Shown: positions 47,697 to 58,257 of the stretch, piece after piece
Layout of the letters: each line of letters begins with the position of its first letter
How positions within the stretch are numbered: the stretch's first letter is position 1
From: Candidatus Heimdallarchaeum aukensis
Lineage (GTDB): Archaea; Asgardarchaeota; Heimdallarchaeia; Heimdallarchaeales; Heimdallarchaeaceae
Length of the DNA stretch: 64,000 bases
Assembly (NCBI GenBank): GCA_021513695.1
Contig: CP084166.1
Span: forward strand, 1,312,001-1,376,000
Direction: 5' to 3'
Program-made: the position numbers and the translations under genes
The notes under the pieces: model-generated
What the model was told of the DNA's origin: nothing
Database searches by the model: none
The model's input: only the letters and a program-made list of their open reading frames with translations

Positions 47697-48932
47697 ATGA
47701 ATATTGTGTATGGCACTTTAATTTTACATGCAAACCTTCAATATGCGGAAATTCCGAAATCTGAAATTCCTAATGTAGTTAATAACAGTTATATTCCTGT
47801 AATTTCAGAATTGATTGATAAACCTAAAGTCCAAGTTGCTTTTAATTTTACAGGAGTAACTTTAGAGATTCTGAGTAATGAATATCATGAAGTTATTGAT
47901 CTTCTAAAAGAAGGAATAAAGAAAAAGAAGTTTGAATTAACTGGTTGTGGCTATTCACACCCCATATTTCCTCTTTTACCCATTAATGATATAAAAAAGC
48001 AAATAGAATACAATGAAGCTGTACTGAAAGATGTTCTCAACTATAAACCCACAGGATTTTGGTTACCAGAGTTGGCTTATGACCCAACTTTACCTAGAAT
48101 ACTGAAAGAGTATGGTTATTCATACATTTTCATTGATGATGATTTGTATTCCAACAGCGAAGAATTAAAGAATATTGCCAACCCTTATAATTACCTTAAA
48201 CCAAATTTGGAAGCATATATTTCTGAATTTCTTAAAACGAAAAGTTTAGTTAAAAAGATCTTCAAGTTCTTTAAAATCAAAAAGGAGATACTAAATAGAT
48301 GTAAGATGCAAGACTTTTATCCTATTGAATTAAAAGGAGTAGGAGACACAATCACTGGGATAAGAGCTCCAAGAGCATGGTTTGTGCTAACTTATTCAGC
48401 TCTAATGAATTATCCTACAATTAATATCAATACTATCAAAAAGATGCTTTCTTATCAAAAGAACAAAAATGGATTAATAGTCCTTTATGCTATGGATCTT
48501 GAGTTTTTTGGTTATAGGAGTTATGTTGAAGGACATTTGGTTGATCACAAAGACTTGGGAAACATGCTAAGTAAACTAGTAAAAAATGATGAATTAAAAT
48601 TGATTCTACCCAGTGATTATTTACAGAAATTTAAACCAAAGAAATTAGGATACATGAGAACAGGTAGTTGGGCACCATATGGCTCATTAGATATCTGGAC
48701 GCAAGATGAAGACAATAAGAAACTAGAAAGATTGTGCAATGATGTTCGAATTTATTTAAATCATCTTCCTCCATCCGAAGAGAAAGAAAAAATATGGAAA
48801 TTACTATTACTTGCTGAAAATTCTGATGGAAGAGGATGGGACCCAATTCCAGAAAGAAGATTGGATTGTTTTTCTTACGCTGTAGAAGCATTGAATAGGG
48901 CAAAAAAAGAGTATGAGAACACTTTACTTTAA
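47697..48932 (+). CDS. GH57-family glycoside hydrolase (alpha-glucan acting)
   Basis: GCGYSHPIFPLL and GFWLPELAYD blocks typical of GH57. Confidence 0.6.
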   Translation: MNIVYGTLILHANLQYAEIPKSEIPNVVNNSYIPVISELIDKPKVQVAFNFTGVTLEILSNEYHEVIDLLKEGIKKKKFELTGCGYSHPIFPLLPINDIKKQIEYNEAVLKDVLNYKPTGFWLPELAYDPTLPRILKEYGYSYIFIDDDLYSNSEELKNIANPYNYLKPNLEAYISEFLKTKSLVKKIFKFFKIKKEILNRCKMQDFYPIELKGVGDTITGIRAPRAWFVLTYSALMNYPTININTIKKMLSYQKNKNGLIVLYAMDLEFFGYRSYVEGHLVDHKDLGNMLSKLVKNDELKLILPSDYLQKFKPKKLGYMRTGSWAPYGSLDIWTQDEDNKKLERLCNDVRIYLNHLPPSEEKEKIWKLLLLAENSDGRGWDPIPERRLDCFSYAVEALNRAKKEYENTLL

Positions 48933-48951
48933 TTTTTTCTTACTATTACAG

Positions 48952-49848
48952 TTATTCTTTGTAATTAATTATTGTTTCTGCAACTCTTATAGCTTCCAAA
49001 GTTTCTTTAACATCATGTGTTCTAAAGATATGGGCTGAATTAATTAAAGCAACGATAGATGCACCTATAGAACCATACAATCTATCTTCAGGAGGTGCAT
49101 TGTTTAATATTTTTCCTATAGATGTTTTTCTGCTAATTCCAATATAAATAGGTTTTTCTAGAATTCTAAATTCTTCTAACTGATTAATTATTGCGTAATC
49201 ATGATGGTAGTCTCTAGCTTCCCATGAACCTATCCCAGGGTCTATGGAAATTTTTTTGGGATCTATTCCTGCATCTAAACCCAAAGAGACCGACTTTCTC
49301 AATTCTTCAATTATTTCAGGAATTAAGAAGATGTCTCCTGGTTCTTTTCTTGCTGCCATTAATACAGCTGAGGCGTCATATTCAGCTATTAAATCAGCAA
49401 GTTTAGGGTCTTTTTTAAATCCAGAAATATCATTAATGATCTGTACTCCTCTTTTTAGTGCAAGTTCGGCTACATTATATCTCATAGTATCTACAGAAAT
49501 TTCAACGTTAGAATAACTTGAAACAACATCTAAAATAACATTTAGTGCATTTTCGATCATTTCTTGTTCTGTAGATGCATCTACTCTTCCCTCTCCCCCA
49601 TATATTTGTATGGGGCGAGTGGATTGTGCGCCTATATCAAGGCATAATGCTCCATCTTTGATCATTTGTATTGAAACTTTCTCAAGTTCCTCTTTAGAAA
49701 TCTTAATTGAACCTTTGTAAAATGAGGATTCGGAAATGTTTATTATTCCTACAATACAAGCAGGAAGGTTATCACCTACCTCAATTTTTCCTAAATAACC
49801 TTTAATACTCATTTTTTTCTTTCTCCACTTTTTCTTGAATACAATCAA
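48952..49848 (-). CDS. folP: dihydropteroate synthase-like pterin-binding protein (FolP family)
   Basis: GALCLDIGAQSTRP and SVDTMRYNVAELALKRGVQIINDISG motifs; the true start may be the internal MSIKGY. Confidence 0.7.
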   Translation of the reverse strand: MIVFKKKWRKKKMSIKGYLGKIEVGDNLPACIVGIINISESSFYKGSIKISKEELEKVSIQMIKDGALCLDIGAQSTRPIQIYGGEGRVDASTEQEMIENALNVILDVVSSYSNVEISVDTMRYNVAELALKRGVQIINDISGFKKDPKLADLIAEYDASAVLMAARKEPGDIFLIPEIIEELRKSVSLGLDAGIDPKKISIDPGIGSWEARDYHHDYAIINQLEEFRILEKPIYIGISRKTSIGKILNNAPPEDRLYGSIGASIVALINSAHIFRTHDVKETLEAIRVAETIINYKE

Positions 49849-50620
49849 ATAATGGCCCTATAAACATGCAATCCTTTGCAGTGATAAGATTATTTATATC
49901 TTTCTCGTCTCTATTTTCAATTTTTATCATAGGATATCCTCTGATTATAACAAAAGGTATTTGTTCATTGGTTTCTCCCATTAACAACTCAGCAGCTGTA
50001 GCTAGTTGGTCAGCGATTGCTCTTTGAGTAATATGCATCTCTCTATTAAATAGATCTGTTCTTCCTCTCTCATCAAGAACAGCTTTAAATCCATAAGTTC
50101 CTAAAGCGCATCCTACAGTTCCTAGTCTCAAAGGCATAGTCCTGGAATCAGCTATAATAATCCCTATTTCTTTTTTTGTGATTTTTGACAGTTGTTTATG
50201 AATTCTCATTGCAGATTCCTTACTATTCTTTGGAAGAAGAACTATTCTTTTTTCTCCTACGTTAGATTGGTCAGCTCCAGCATTGGCCAATAACCCATAT
50301 TCATTATATGTTGTAATAGCTCCTGGAACAGTCCCAATGTAATTATAATCACATTCTTCTAAAATCACTTGTGCAAACTCTGCTGAAATTTTTGCTTTTT
50401 CTGCTATTTTTCTTGCAATAGGTGTAACTCTTTTCTCAATATCTTTGAAGTCTAAAACATTCTTTTCCGAAAATGAAACAACTTTGCTTGCGAAAACTAT
50501 GATATCTTTATCTTTTATTTCTTTATTGGCTTTCTCTAAAGACTTTAGAAAAATATCTACTATATCATCACCAACATCTACAACTTTTATTGATGGTATT
50601 GGGATAATTTCTATGCTCAT
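49802..50620 (-). CDS. cofE: CofE-family (F420-0:gamma-glutamyl ligase-like) protein
   Basis: ASKVVSFSEKN and LANAGADQSN motifs. Confidence 0.65.
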   Translation of the reverse strand: MSIEIIPIPSIKVVDVGDDIVDIFLKSLEKANKEIKDKDIIVFASKVVSFSEKNVLDFKDIEKRVTPIARKIAEKAKISAEFAQVILEECDYNYIGTVPGAITTYNEYGLLANAGADQSNVGEKRIVLLPKNSKESAMRIHKQLSKITKKEIGIIIADSRTMPLRLGTVGCALGTYGFKAVLDERGRTDLFNREMHITQRAIADQLATAAELLMGETNEQIPFVIIRGYPMIKIENRDEKDINNLITAKDCMFIGPLFDCIQEKVEKEKNEY

Positions 50621-50655
50621 TGATATAGGGAAAAAAGTAGTAAATAAAAGAGTAT

Positions 50656-51819
50656 TTATTCTTTCTCAAAGAATTTCACACCATCATCGACATTGACGGC
50701 CCATACTGGCAAAGATAACTCATTTCTCAATTTAGAAGCAATTAAGTTCTTTTCTTCATTATATGTTAAAATGACCACACACCCCCCGAGCCCAGCTCCT
50801 GTCAATTTTCCGCCTAATGCGCCAAATTTTATACCTAAACCAACTATTTTATCCAATATTGGAAGAGAAACACCTATTCCTTCTCTTAATGCTTTTTGTT
50901 GGGATGTAAGTAAAGAACCCAAAAATTCTAGATCAAGGGAACTCTTATTTAACTCAACTTCTGCACTTTTGGTATCATCTCTAATTGAGATAATAGCTTT
51001 AAGTAATTTATAGTCGACAGAATTAAATTCGTGTTTATACTTTTCTAGTTGTTCCAAGGTAATTCTTTTTATAGGAACTGAACTTTTCTTGTAGAGTTCA
51101 GCCACTACTTTTTTACTTTTATTTACAACTTTACTGTGTACATCATTTGTTTTTTTGGGCACACAGCTATTTACTACCACTAGCCCAAGATCAGGATTAT
51201 CAAATTTTTGAAATTTCACATTCTCATCATCTTCTAAATCTAAGCTTATAATAGAACCTATAGATGAAGAATATTGATCCATTTTTCCACATGGAATGCC
51301 TAACAAGTCATGTTCTGCAACATAAGCTAATTCTGCGAGAGTTTGTTTATCGATTTCAATATTAGATGATTGTGCAAGCAGATTTATCCACCCGACAAGT
51401 AAGGCAGCTGAGCTAGATAGTCCACTTTCTAGAGGTATCATACTTGAAATTTCAACCTCTAGCGGAATAAAAATTTCATCAGAAAAGTGTTTCTTTAAAC
51501 TTAAATAACCCGCTTCTAAATAAGAAAGAAAAGAATGTTTTCCAGATAATTTTCTTAATGAAGTAGGAATAATTTCAGTTCGCTGCAAATCTAAAGACTT
51601 TGCTATATATCGAGGTTCTACAATTTTTTTGGCTCGAAGTGAAAGGCGTAGGTCAATAGCTGCAGGAATTACTTTTAATTTCAAATAATCTTGATGTTCT
51701 CCATATAAACACACTCTAGCTGGTGCAGATGAAAGTACCATTAGTTTTGAAATCAGTAGAGAGATATTAAATTTTTCTAAAAAAATAACTAAACTAATAG
51801 TTACTATAACCGTAAACAA
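50656..51819 (-). CDS. GHMP-family sugar kinase, galactokinase-like (the true start is probably the internal Met MVLSSAPARV, about 51741)
   Basis: galactokinase signature ARVCLYGEHQDY; GHMP motif PLESGLSSSAALLVG. Confidence 0.6.
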   Translation of the reverse strand: MFTVIVTISLVIFLEKFNISLLISKLMVLSSAPARVCLYGEHQDYLKLKVIPAAIDLRLSLRAKKIVEPRYIAKSLDLQRTEIIPTSLRKLSGKHSFLSYLEAGYLSLKKHFSDEIFIPLEVEISSMIPLESGLSSSAALLVGWINLLAQSSNIEIDKQTLAELAYVAEHDLLGIPCGKMDQYSSSIGSIISLDLEDDENVKFQKFDNPDLGLVVVNSCVPKKTNDVHSKVVNKSKKVVAELYKKSSVPIKRITLEQLEKYKHEFNSVDYKLLKAIISIRDDTKSAEVELNKSSLDLEFLGSLLTSQQKALREGIGVSLPILDKIVGLGIKFGALGGKLTGAGLGGCVVILTYNEEKNLIASKLRNELSLPVWAVNVDDGVKFFEKE

Positions 51820-51863
51820 ACTAGAAAAACTAATAAAGATTAACTCTTGTATCCATACAACAA

Positions 51864-53066
51864 ATGAAAATTTTGGAAAATATCTTCAATGTTAATCTCT
51901 ACTTAAATAAGGAAAACATTGACATAAGAAATAAAGAACCTTTAAGAGACCCGTGGGTACAAAATTATATTCCTGAACTTTACATAACCTCTGAGAGGAT
52001 AAACAAAGGTGTTGCAGACATCATTGAAAAGGTATTGATGGGAAATTGCGTGTGTTCAATAATTGGAGACTTTAAATCAGGAAAAACATATTTATCAAAA
52101 CTTTTAGCTGAGGGTTTCAGGCAAAGTTTACATGAGTACTGCTCTTACAACAAATTCTATGTCATTTTTTTGACTCCTGATAATTTTCCAGAAAGATATT
52201 CACTTTCAAACTTCATGAGAATTATTTCACAGGAAGTTTTAGGAAAATACTATCAAAGTAAAGAAAAGATTATAGTTGAACTAAAAAAGCATATTTCAGA
52301 AGAAAATGCACTTTTAATAATTTTTATTGATAACTTCACAAAAGAATCCCTCTTACAGATTCTTAGTGATAGTTTAAAGTTAACAAAGTTACTTAAAAAC
52401 CACTATTCTTGCATTTTCAGTTGTAATCGTCCTGATTATGAACATTGTGCACAGTCTTTAGAGCAGAGATTTGCTTCAACATGCACTTCAAGTTTTCATA
52501 TTCCGACTTTTGATTTAGAACAAGCTACTAAATTACTACAAACTAGATTAAATTACGCTTACATGAAGTCAAATATTGAAATATCAAGCATTTTTAATAG
52601 TGATGTAATAGAAAAAGCATGGATATATTCTGATGGAAATCCATGGATATTACTTGCATTATTCTCAGATTCTTTCGGATACGCCAAATCTGTTGGTGCA
52701 AATAAGGTGACTGAAAAGCATTTAGACAAAGTGCGTTCATTATTTTCACGTAAGAAATTTATTGGAGATTTAGATGATGGTGGAGACAAATTCTTAATTC
52801 AGCAAGCTTTAAACGAATTTCCTAATAGAGAAAGACAAGTTTGTGAGTATTTACTATACAAAGATGCTACTGCAAAAGAAATTACAAAGCATCTATATGG
52901 AGATATTAAAGCTCAGGAATATAGAACAAAATATATGGGTACAAAATCCTTCATCAGAAGATTAAGAGATAAAAATATGATAGTTATCAAAGGAAAAAGA
53001 GGGAGAGCACTGCTTTTTGGTATAAACCCAAATCTTAAGGCTTACTTACAAGAAAAAAAGGTGTAA
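51864..53066 (+). CDS. P-loop NTPase (archaeal ATPase-like)
   Basis: Walker A IIGDFKSGKTYLSKLL; Walker B-like LIIFIDNF. Confidence 0.45.
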   Translation: MKILENIFNVNLYLNKENIDIRNKEPLRDPWVQNYIPELYITSERINKGVADIIEKVLMGNCVCSIIGDFKSGKTYLSKLLAEGFRQSLHEYCSYNKFYVIFLTPDNFPERYSLSNFMRIISQEVLGKYYQSKEKIIVELKKHISEENALLIIFIDNFTKESLLQILSDSLKLTKLLKNHYSCIFSCNRPDYEHCAQSLEQRFASTCTSSFHIPTFDLEQATKLLQTRLNYAYMKSNIEISSIFNSDVIEKAWIYSDGNPWILLALFSDSFGYAKSVGANKVTEKHLDKVRSLFSRKKFIGDLDDGGDKFLIQQALNEFPNRERQVCEYLLYKDATAKEITKHLYGDIKAQEYRTKYMGTKSFIRRLRDKNMIVIKGKRGRALLFGINPNLKAYLQEKKV

Positions 53067-53070
53067 AACC

Positions 53071-54204
53071 TTATTCTATTCTCTTTAAAATAGGTCGTAG
53101 AATAAGAGCTATTATGAAAACTACTATTAGATTAATTAAAAGCAGGTTTGTGTATAGAGTAGCTAAAACGTACCAAGTTTGCATTTTTAAATAAAAGTCA
53201 GATATGTTCAATTGATACCAGTAGTAACTGAATATTCCTAGTACAAATGCAAGAGGAATGTTCAAAGCGAAGTAACTTCCTTCAAAATCAAAAGTTAGAT
53301 CTCCGGTCGTTCCTTGGGCTCTTTGATAAACTATTAATGCTAACCCAATACCGATAACCATTCCAGCAATTGGTAGAACATAGAACACATTAAGAAGAGT
53401 AAACACAGCAAAGTTGTCTACTGTTGTTTTTTGAAATATATGGTTTAAGAACAGTAAATTACTATCACCAAATATCTGTCTAGCTGTCTCTTGTGTAAAT
53501 GTTTCTTTAAACAAGATATTAACGGCTAGTGTCCCAGCTAGAGCTAAAAAGATGATTATTTGTCCAATAATTTCACGTAAATTATTTTCTATAGAAGAAG
53601 AATGCACTCGTCGTCCTAGTATAATAAATATTACCATGTAAATTAATCCAACAACCATAACAATTAAGTCAAAAAATGGAAATGTGTCAAGTGGGTTCCC
53701 TATAGATATATTCTGTACTTGATTGATATAATATTTTTGAAAAGAATCATTAATATATAGTAGCATATTAATTGCCGCACCAAGTATTGCTTGTAAGCCA
53801 AAAATAATTCCTATCCAAGTTAAAGCTGTTTGACCTCTCATTTCGACGGTAGCAAACAAACCTGTAAATAATGCAATTGACAGGTAAATTACAACAATAC
53901 CAACATACCCTACTGTGTTATAACCAGCAGGATTATAGAAACATAATGAAGCTGAAAGAGAAATAACTATAGAAGCAATTATGTTTTTCGCAGTTGCTGA
54001 AGTTAGTACAATTACACTTATCGTAAACAATATCACGGCAGGTGTTACCCATTCAGTAAATGTAGGCATTATACCTAAAAAAGGAATCAACCATTCAGTA
54101 ACTATAACCAAAGCAATTCCGACTACGCTAGAAATAAGAGCTCGTTTACTGATAAATTGACCAGGGTTAAAATATTTTATTTCATTCATTTTTATCATTC
54201 TCAC
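53071..54204 (-). CDS. polytopic membrane protein, unknown function
   Basis: 377 aa, about 9-10 hydrophobic helices. Confidence 0.45.
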   Translation of the reverse strand: MRMIKMNEIKYFNPGQFISKRALISSVVGIALVIVTEWLIPFLGIMPTFTEWVTPAVILFTISVIVLTSATAKNIIASIVISLSASLCFYNPAGYNTVGYVGIVVIYLSIALFTGLFATVEMRGQTALTWIGIIFGLQAILGAAINMLLYINDSFQKYYINQVQNISIGNPLDTFPFFDLIVMVVGLIYMVIFIILGRRVHSSSIENNLREIIGQIIIFLALAGTLAVNILFKETFTQETARQIFGDSNLLFLNHIFQKTTVDNFAVFTLLNVFYVLPIAGMVIGIGLALIVYQRAQGTTGDLTFDFEGSYFALNIPLAFVLGIFSYYWYQLNISDFYLKMQTWYVLATLYTNLLLINLIVVFIIALILRPILKRIE

Positions 54205-54302
54205 ATTATTACTTTACTAAAGTTAAAACTATAAAAGATAAAAAGATTTTGGAAAAATTCTAGGAAAAAAATGTAATACTTTTTTGGTATAGGTGTTAGT
54301 TT

Positions 54303-54689
54303 TTATCTTCTGTAACTATCTCCAACGCTCATCAGAGTAGATCCGATATATGTAAGTAATCCAGATAAACCTGCTATCAAAATTGTCCATATAGGATCAA
54401 TAACTGCACCTAAAGCTTCATTATCACTTTGCCAGATGATTAAGAACACAGTCAGTAATATCAACGCAGCTAACATGAAACCTGTTAAAGTTAGATACGC
54501 ATTTTTTTCTTTTTCTTGATATACCGCAGATACGGAACCTAGAGAAAAACCTCCAAGAATCCCAATACCTAGGTAAAATAAGAAATACCAAAATTGGGGA
54601 TTCGTAAGTTCAACTATTGTTATTATTACACCAAATATTCCTGTAGCCGTTAAAGCTCCTCCTAAAAATGCTGCTGGTTTAGGCATCAA
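54303..54689 (-). CDS. small 4-TM membrane protein
   Basis: 128 aa, hydrophobic. Confidence 0.4.
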   Translation of the reverse strand: MMPKPAAFLGGALTATGIFGVIITIVELTNPQFWYFLFYLGIGILGGFSLGSVSAVYQEKEKNAYLTLTGFMLAALILLTVFLIIWQSDNEALGAVIDPIWTILIAGLSGLLTYIGSTLMSVGDSYRR

Positions 54690-54829
54690 TAATCACCATA
54701 TTTTTATTCGCTTAATGGTAAATAGTTTCTCTTGATTTATTAATATTTCTGAATAAAAAATCCTTATCAACCTAAAAATCAATATTAATGTCATATTAAC
54801 TGTTAAATAAAAAATAATGGAAAAAGAGT

Positions 54830-56647
54830 TTATCTCTTTTTTTTCCAAAAGAAAATTATTACACTGAGTGCAAAAATTGAAAATGTCCATGCAAATGGAG
54901 TTGTTTGTGTTGTTTCTTCTTGTAATTCGATTGAAAAGATTACAGAAACAGTATAATTGTTTCCAGCTTTGTCAGTTACAGTAATCTTGGCCTCGAAATC
55001 TCCAGAAGAAATATACTGATGAGCAGCTGAATATGAATTTGTTGCATTCCAGACCGTTCCATCTCCCCAGTCTATGTAGACATAGGCTACACCAAAGTTG
55101 TCTTCATAATTAAAGAATAGTTCTACATAACCATCGGTGCTTTTGGATATAGAAGTATTAGTTGATTTAGGATCTATTGAAAGCGTTGGATTTTCTAAAT
55201 CTATATAGATTAAACTAGAAATATTCTCTGACGTACCAAGTGTTGTTTCAACGTATAAAGACACATTATACACTTCTGATTCATTGGCAAAACTATGAAC
55301 AGTCGACATTTTTTCAAAATCAGTTATATTCTCTGTGTTTCCATCACCAAAATTGAAAAATATTTCAGAGATATCTCCCTTTGCTAGTTGAATTGTATAG
55401 TTGAAGGTAATTGTATTGTAGTTAAAGTATGTTTGACTACGAGGTAAGAGAGTCAATTTAGGCTTTGAGTCATATATTTGTAACTCGTGGAATTCCCCTT
55501 CTGTTTCATTGTATTGTTCACCATAGTATAAATTAAATGCTCGGAAATAAACCACATTTCCTACATTGAACTTACCTAAATTAAATCTATATTCACGTAT
55601 TGTATCATTCCACCCATCTGAATTAGTAACATTTGTTTCATTTATTAAAACACCATTAGTTAAATCAGTCAAAGGAACAATCTCTGTTCGATTTGTTTCG
55701 CTTTCCTCAACTTTGTAGCTTATTCCAAATTCATCATTCTTTGTTTCATTTAAAGTTTGTAAAATTACAATTACATCGTCAATATCTGTGTAATAATCAC
55801 TTTCTTCAGGGTATGATTCAAAGTTAAAACCATTTTGTAATCTATATATTTGCAGTTCTCCTGTTTCTGCATTCAAATCCCATCCAGCAGAATTATTTGC
55901 AGCAAAATAGATCATTCTTTCAGTGAGATTAAAAGATATTGTATAAACAGGAAAGCCTGTTCCAGTATCATTAGTTTCATAGTCCATTTCAAGGAAGGTT
56001 ACTCCTTCATAATTAGTTAAGTTTGCATTAGAAATTCTATCTCTATAAACAGAGAGAGCTAATGTAACCTTATCTGCTGGATTTCCATTTCTTACAATAT
56101 ATTTTAATGTGATTGTTTGATTAAGTTCAGCTAAAAATGCATTAGTACCAACTTTTGGTAATGAGATTATATCTTCGTCAAGATATGGAGGATGTATGCT
56201 GTTACGAGCATAAATGTAGTGCCATGCATCCATATGATTAAAGACTGGTAAATCTTCATAAGTTCCGTTTGTAATCTCTCCACTCCATGCATATCCTTTG
56301 AACTTTGTATTCTCTGTTAGATTAAAGACTCCGCTATAGTAGGATAGATCTCTATAGGAATGAGAATAATTTAGCGCTAATGCTGAATTTAAATCGGTTG
56401 TTAAACCTGAGCCTTCACCAACAAGAAATACTCCATCAATACCAGCGAATCTTGGAACTGTATAATTTACTGTAATCAATGTTCCATTTTCAATAGAAAA
56501 ACCTGCGGGAGTATATTCCTTTAACTTTGGTGCAGGAACATTGTTCGCTGAGATTTTAATTGTTTGGTTAAATACAACCATCATTGATAATGAAATAACT
56601 AATACAAGTATCAACGTACCTTCTTTTCTCTTGTTCATACTCTTCAC
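54830..56647 (-). CDS. secreted protein with two C-terminal PKD domains and C-terminal TM plus basic tail
   Basis: FNFGDGNTENI...HSF...YNVSLYV and IDWGDGTVWNA...HQY...FEAKITVTDKAGN; C-terminus PFAWTFSIFALSVIIFFWKKKR. Confidence 0.65.
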   Translation of the reverse strand: MKSMNKRKEGTLILVLVISLSMMVVFNQTIKISANNVPAPKLKEYTPAGFSIENGTLITVNYTVPRFAGIDGVFLVGEGSGLTTDLNSALALNYSHSYRDLSYYSGVFNLTENTKFKGYAWSGEITNGTYEDLPVFNHMDAWHYIYARNSIHPPYLDEDIISLPKVGTNAFLAELNQTITLKYIVRNGNPADKVTLALSVYRDRISNANLTNYEGVTFLEMDYETNDTGTGFPVYTISFNLTERMIYFAANNSAGWDLNAETGELQIYRLQNGFNFESYPEESDYYTDIDDVIVILQTLNETKNDEFGISYKVEESETNRTEIVPLTDLTNGVLINETNVTNSDGWNDTIREYRFNLGKFNVGNVVYFRAFNLYYGEQYNETEGEFHELQIYDSKPKLTLLPRSQTYFNYNTITFNYTIQLAKGDISEIFFNFGDGNTENITDFEKMSTVHSFANESEVYNVSLYVETTLGTSENISSLIYIDLENPTLSIDPKSTNTSISKSTDGYVELFFNYEDNFGVAYVYIDWGDGTVWNATNSYSAAHQYISSGDFEAKITVTDKAGNNYTVSVIFSIELQEETTQTTPFAWTFSIFALSVIIFFWKKKR

Positions 56648-56783
56648 TCAAACATTGCTTGGCTTTCTATTAGATAAGTATTTTTATTCTTTTTGTCTTG
56701 AACTTAATTTTATTATTTATCCACATATAAAAATATAAATAAATATCTCCGAAAGGAGTGTAAGGACATATTTAGGTGGAAAA

Positions 56784-58079
56784 ATGCAAGACTTCGAACA
56801 GATTTTTAAAGATAAAGAGATTGAATATATTCAGTTTCAGTTTACTACAATTTTCGGAGACCTTAAAGCCGTTGAATTTCCAGTAAAAATTTGGGATAGC
56901 ATGAAAAATGGTACAGGAGTAGACGGTTCCTCATTAGGTTTTCTTAGTACTGAACAAAGCGATATGAAAGCAGTACCTGATTATTCTACATTCGCTATTT
57001 TACCTTGGGAACCTAGAGTAGCAAGGTTTATCTGTGACATGTATGATAACCATGGAAACCCTCATCCTGCAGACCCAAGAAGCATATTAAAGAGCGTGAT
57101 AAATAAAGCAGAAAAGATGGGTTTTAACTATAAAACCAGACCAGAACTAGAATTCTATTTTCTTGATTCAGAAGGAGAACCTTTTGACAATGGGCTATAT
57201 ATGGACACTGGTCCATTTGACCCTTTAGCAAGTCTTAGGAGAGAAATAACTGATGATATGATCGAAATGGGAATGGGCGTTAAAACTATTCATCATGAAT
57301 GTGGAAATGGTCAACATGAGGTTGAATTCACAACATTAGATGCTTTACATCAAGCAGACAACGTTCAAACAGCTAAATTAATTGCAAAAACAAGAGCATT
57401 ATTCAATGGAGTAATATGTACATTTATGGCTAAACCCATTTTAGATCAAGCTGGAAGCGGATTACATATTCATCAATATTTGACCAGGGATGGAGAAAAT
57501 GCTTTTTCTGATGAAAAAGAAAAAATAAGTGACACATTAAAATTCTTTGTTGGAGGGATATTAGAACATGTCGACGAAATAACAGCTTTTCTTAACCCCA
57601 CAACAAATTCATACAAGAGACTTGTACCAGGACATGAAGCTCCTGTTTATAAATCATGGGGAGTAGGAAATCGGACTGCGCTAATAAGAGTTCCAGGATA
57701 TGAAAATAAAGCAAGAATTGAATACAGAGCTGCTGATGCTGCAACAAATATATATCTTGCAAGCGCTCTATTACTGGCAGCAGGATTAGATGGAATAGAG
57801 AAAAAGATAGAACCGATTAAACCTACTACTAAAAACATAGAGAAACTTTCAGACAAAGAGAGAGAAGAGATGAAAATTACTGGATTACCAAGAACACTAG
57901 AAGAAGCATTAAACTATACAGAAAAAAGTTCATTTGTACGTGAAATTCTTGGAGATCTTATAGTAGATATTTTCATCAGAGAAAAAAGAAAAGAGATAAA
58001 GAAACTTAATTCTACAAATCCTAAAAACGATTATGATGAATTAACCTGGGAATACGAGCAGTACCTTGAGAGAGTTTAA
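56784..58079 (+). CDS. glnA: glutamine synthetase (type I)
   Basis: GS N-terminal beta-grasp region and catalytic-domain motifs (KPILDQAGSGLHIHQ; NRTALIRVP). Confidence 0.85.
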   Translation: MQDFEQIFKDKEIEYIQFQFTTIFGDLKAVEFPVKIWDSMKNGTGVDGSSLGFLSTEQSDMKAVPDYSTFAILPWEPRVARFICDMYDNHGNPHPADPRSILKSVINKAEKMGFNYKTRPELEFYFLDSEGEPFDNGLYMDTGPFDPLASLRREITDDMIEMGMGVKTIHHECGNGQHEVEFTTLDALHQADNVQTAKLIAKTRALFNGVICTFMAKPILDQAGSGLHIHQYLTRDGENAFSDEKEKISDTLKFFVGGILEHVDEITAFLNPTTNSYKRLVPGHEAPVYKSWGVGNRTALIRVPGYENKARIEYRAADAATNIYLASALLLAAGLDGIEKKIEPIKPTTKNIEKLSDKEREEMKITGLPRTLEEALNYTEKSSFVREILGDLIVDIFIREKRKEIKKLNSTNPKNDYDELTWEYEQYLERV

Positions 58080-58257
58080 CTTTTCTTTTTTTTTCATTCA
58101 TCTTTTTGTAAATCTTAATAAATGATATTTACACATTATTACTAAAGAGGAATGGTGATATATTCTGCAATTCAAAAGAAGTGACGTTTTTAACTTAGAG
58201 TCAATTGAAGTTTCTCTACCAATAAGATTTCGAAATATAATTCTAAAGAAGCTTTAT

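Noticed and set aside
51742-51819. Hydrophobic N-terminal 26 aa of the GalK-like ORF (MFTVIVTISLVIFLEKFN...)
   Set aside because: Galactokinases are cytosolic and the conserved N-terminal signature begins right after the internal Met (MVLSSAPARVCLYGEHQDY). The extension is most likely an artefact of taking the longest ORF, not a signal peptide.
54693-54890. 65-aa ORF overlapping the 3' end of the PKD-protein gene
   Set aside because: It overlaps the stop region of a supported CDS, has no RBS or promoter, and is low-complexity.
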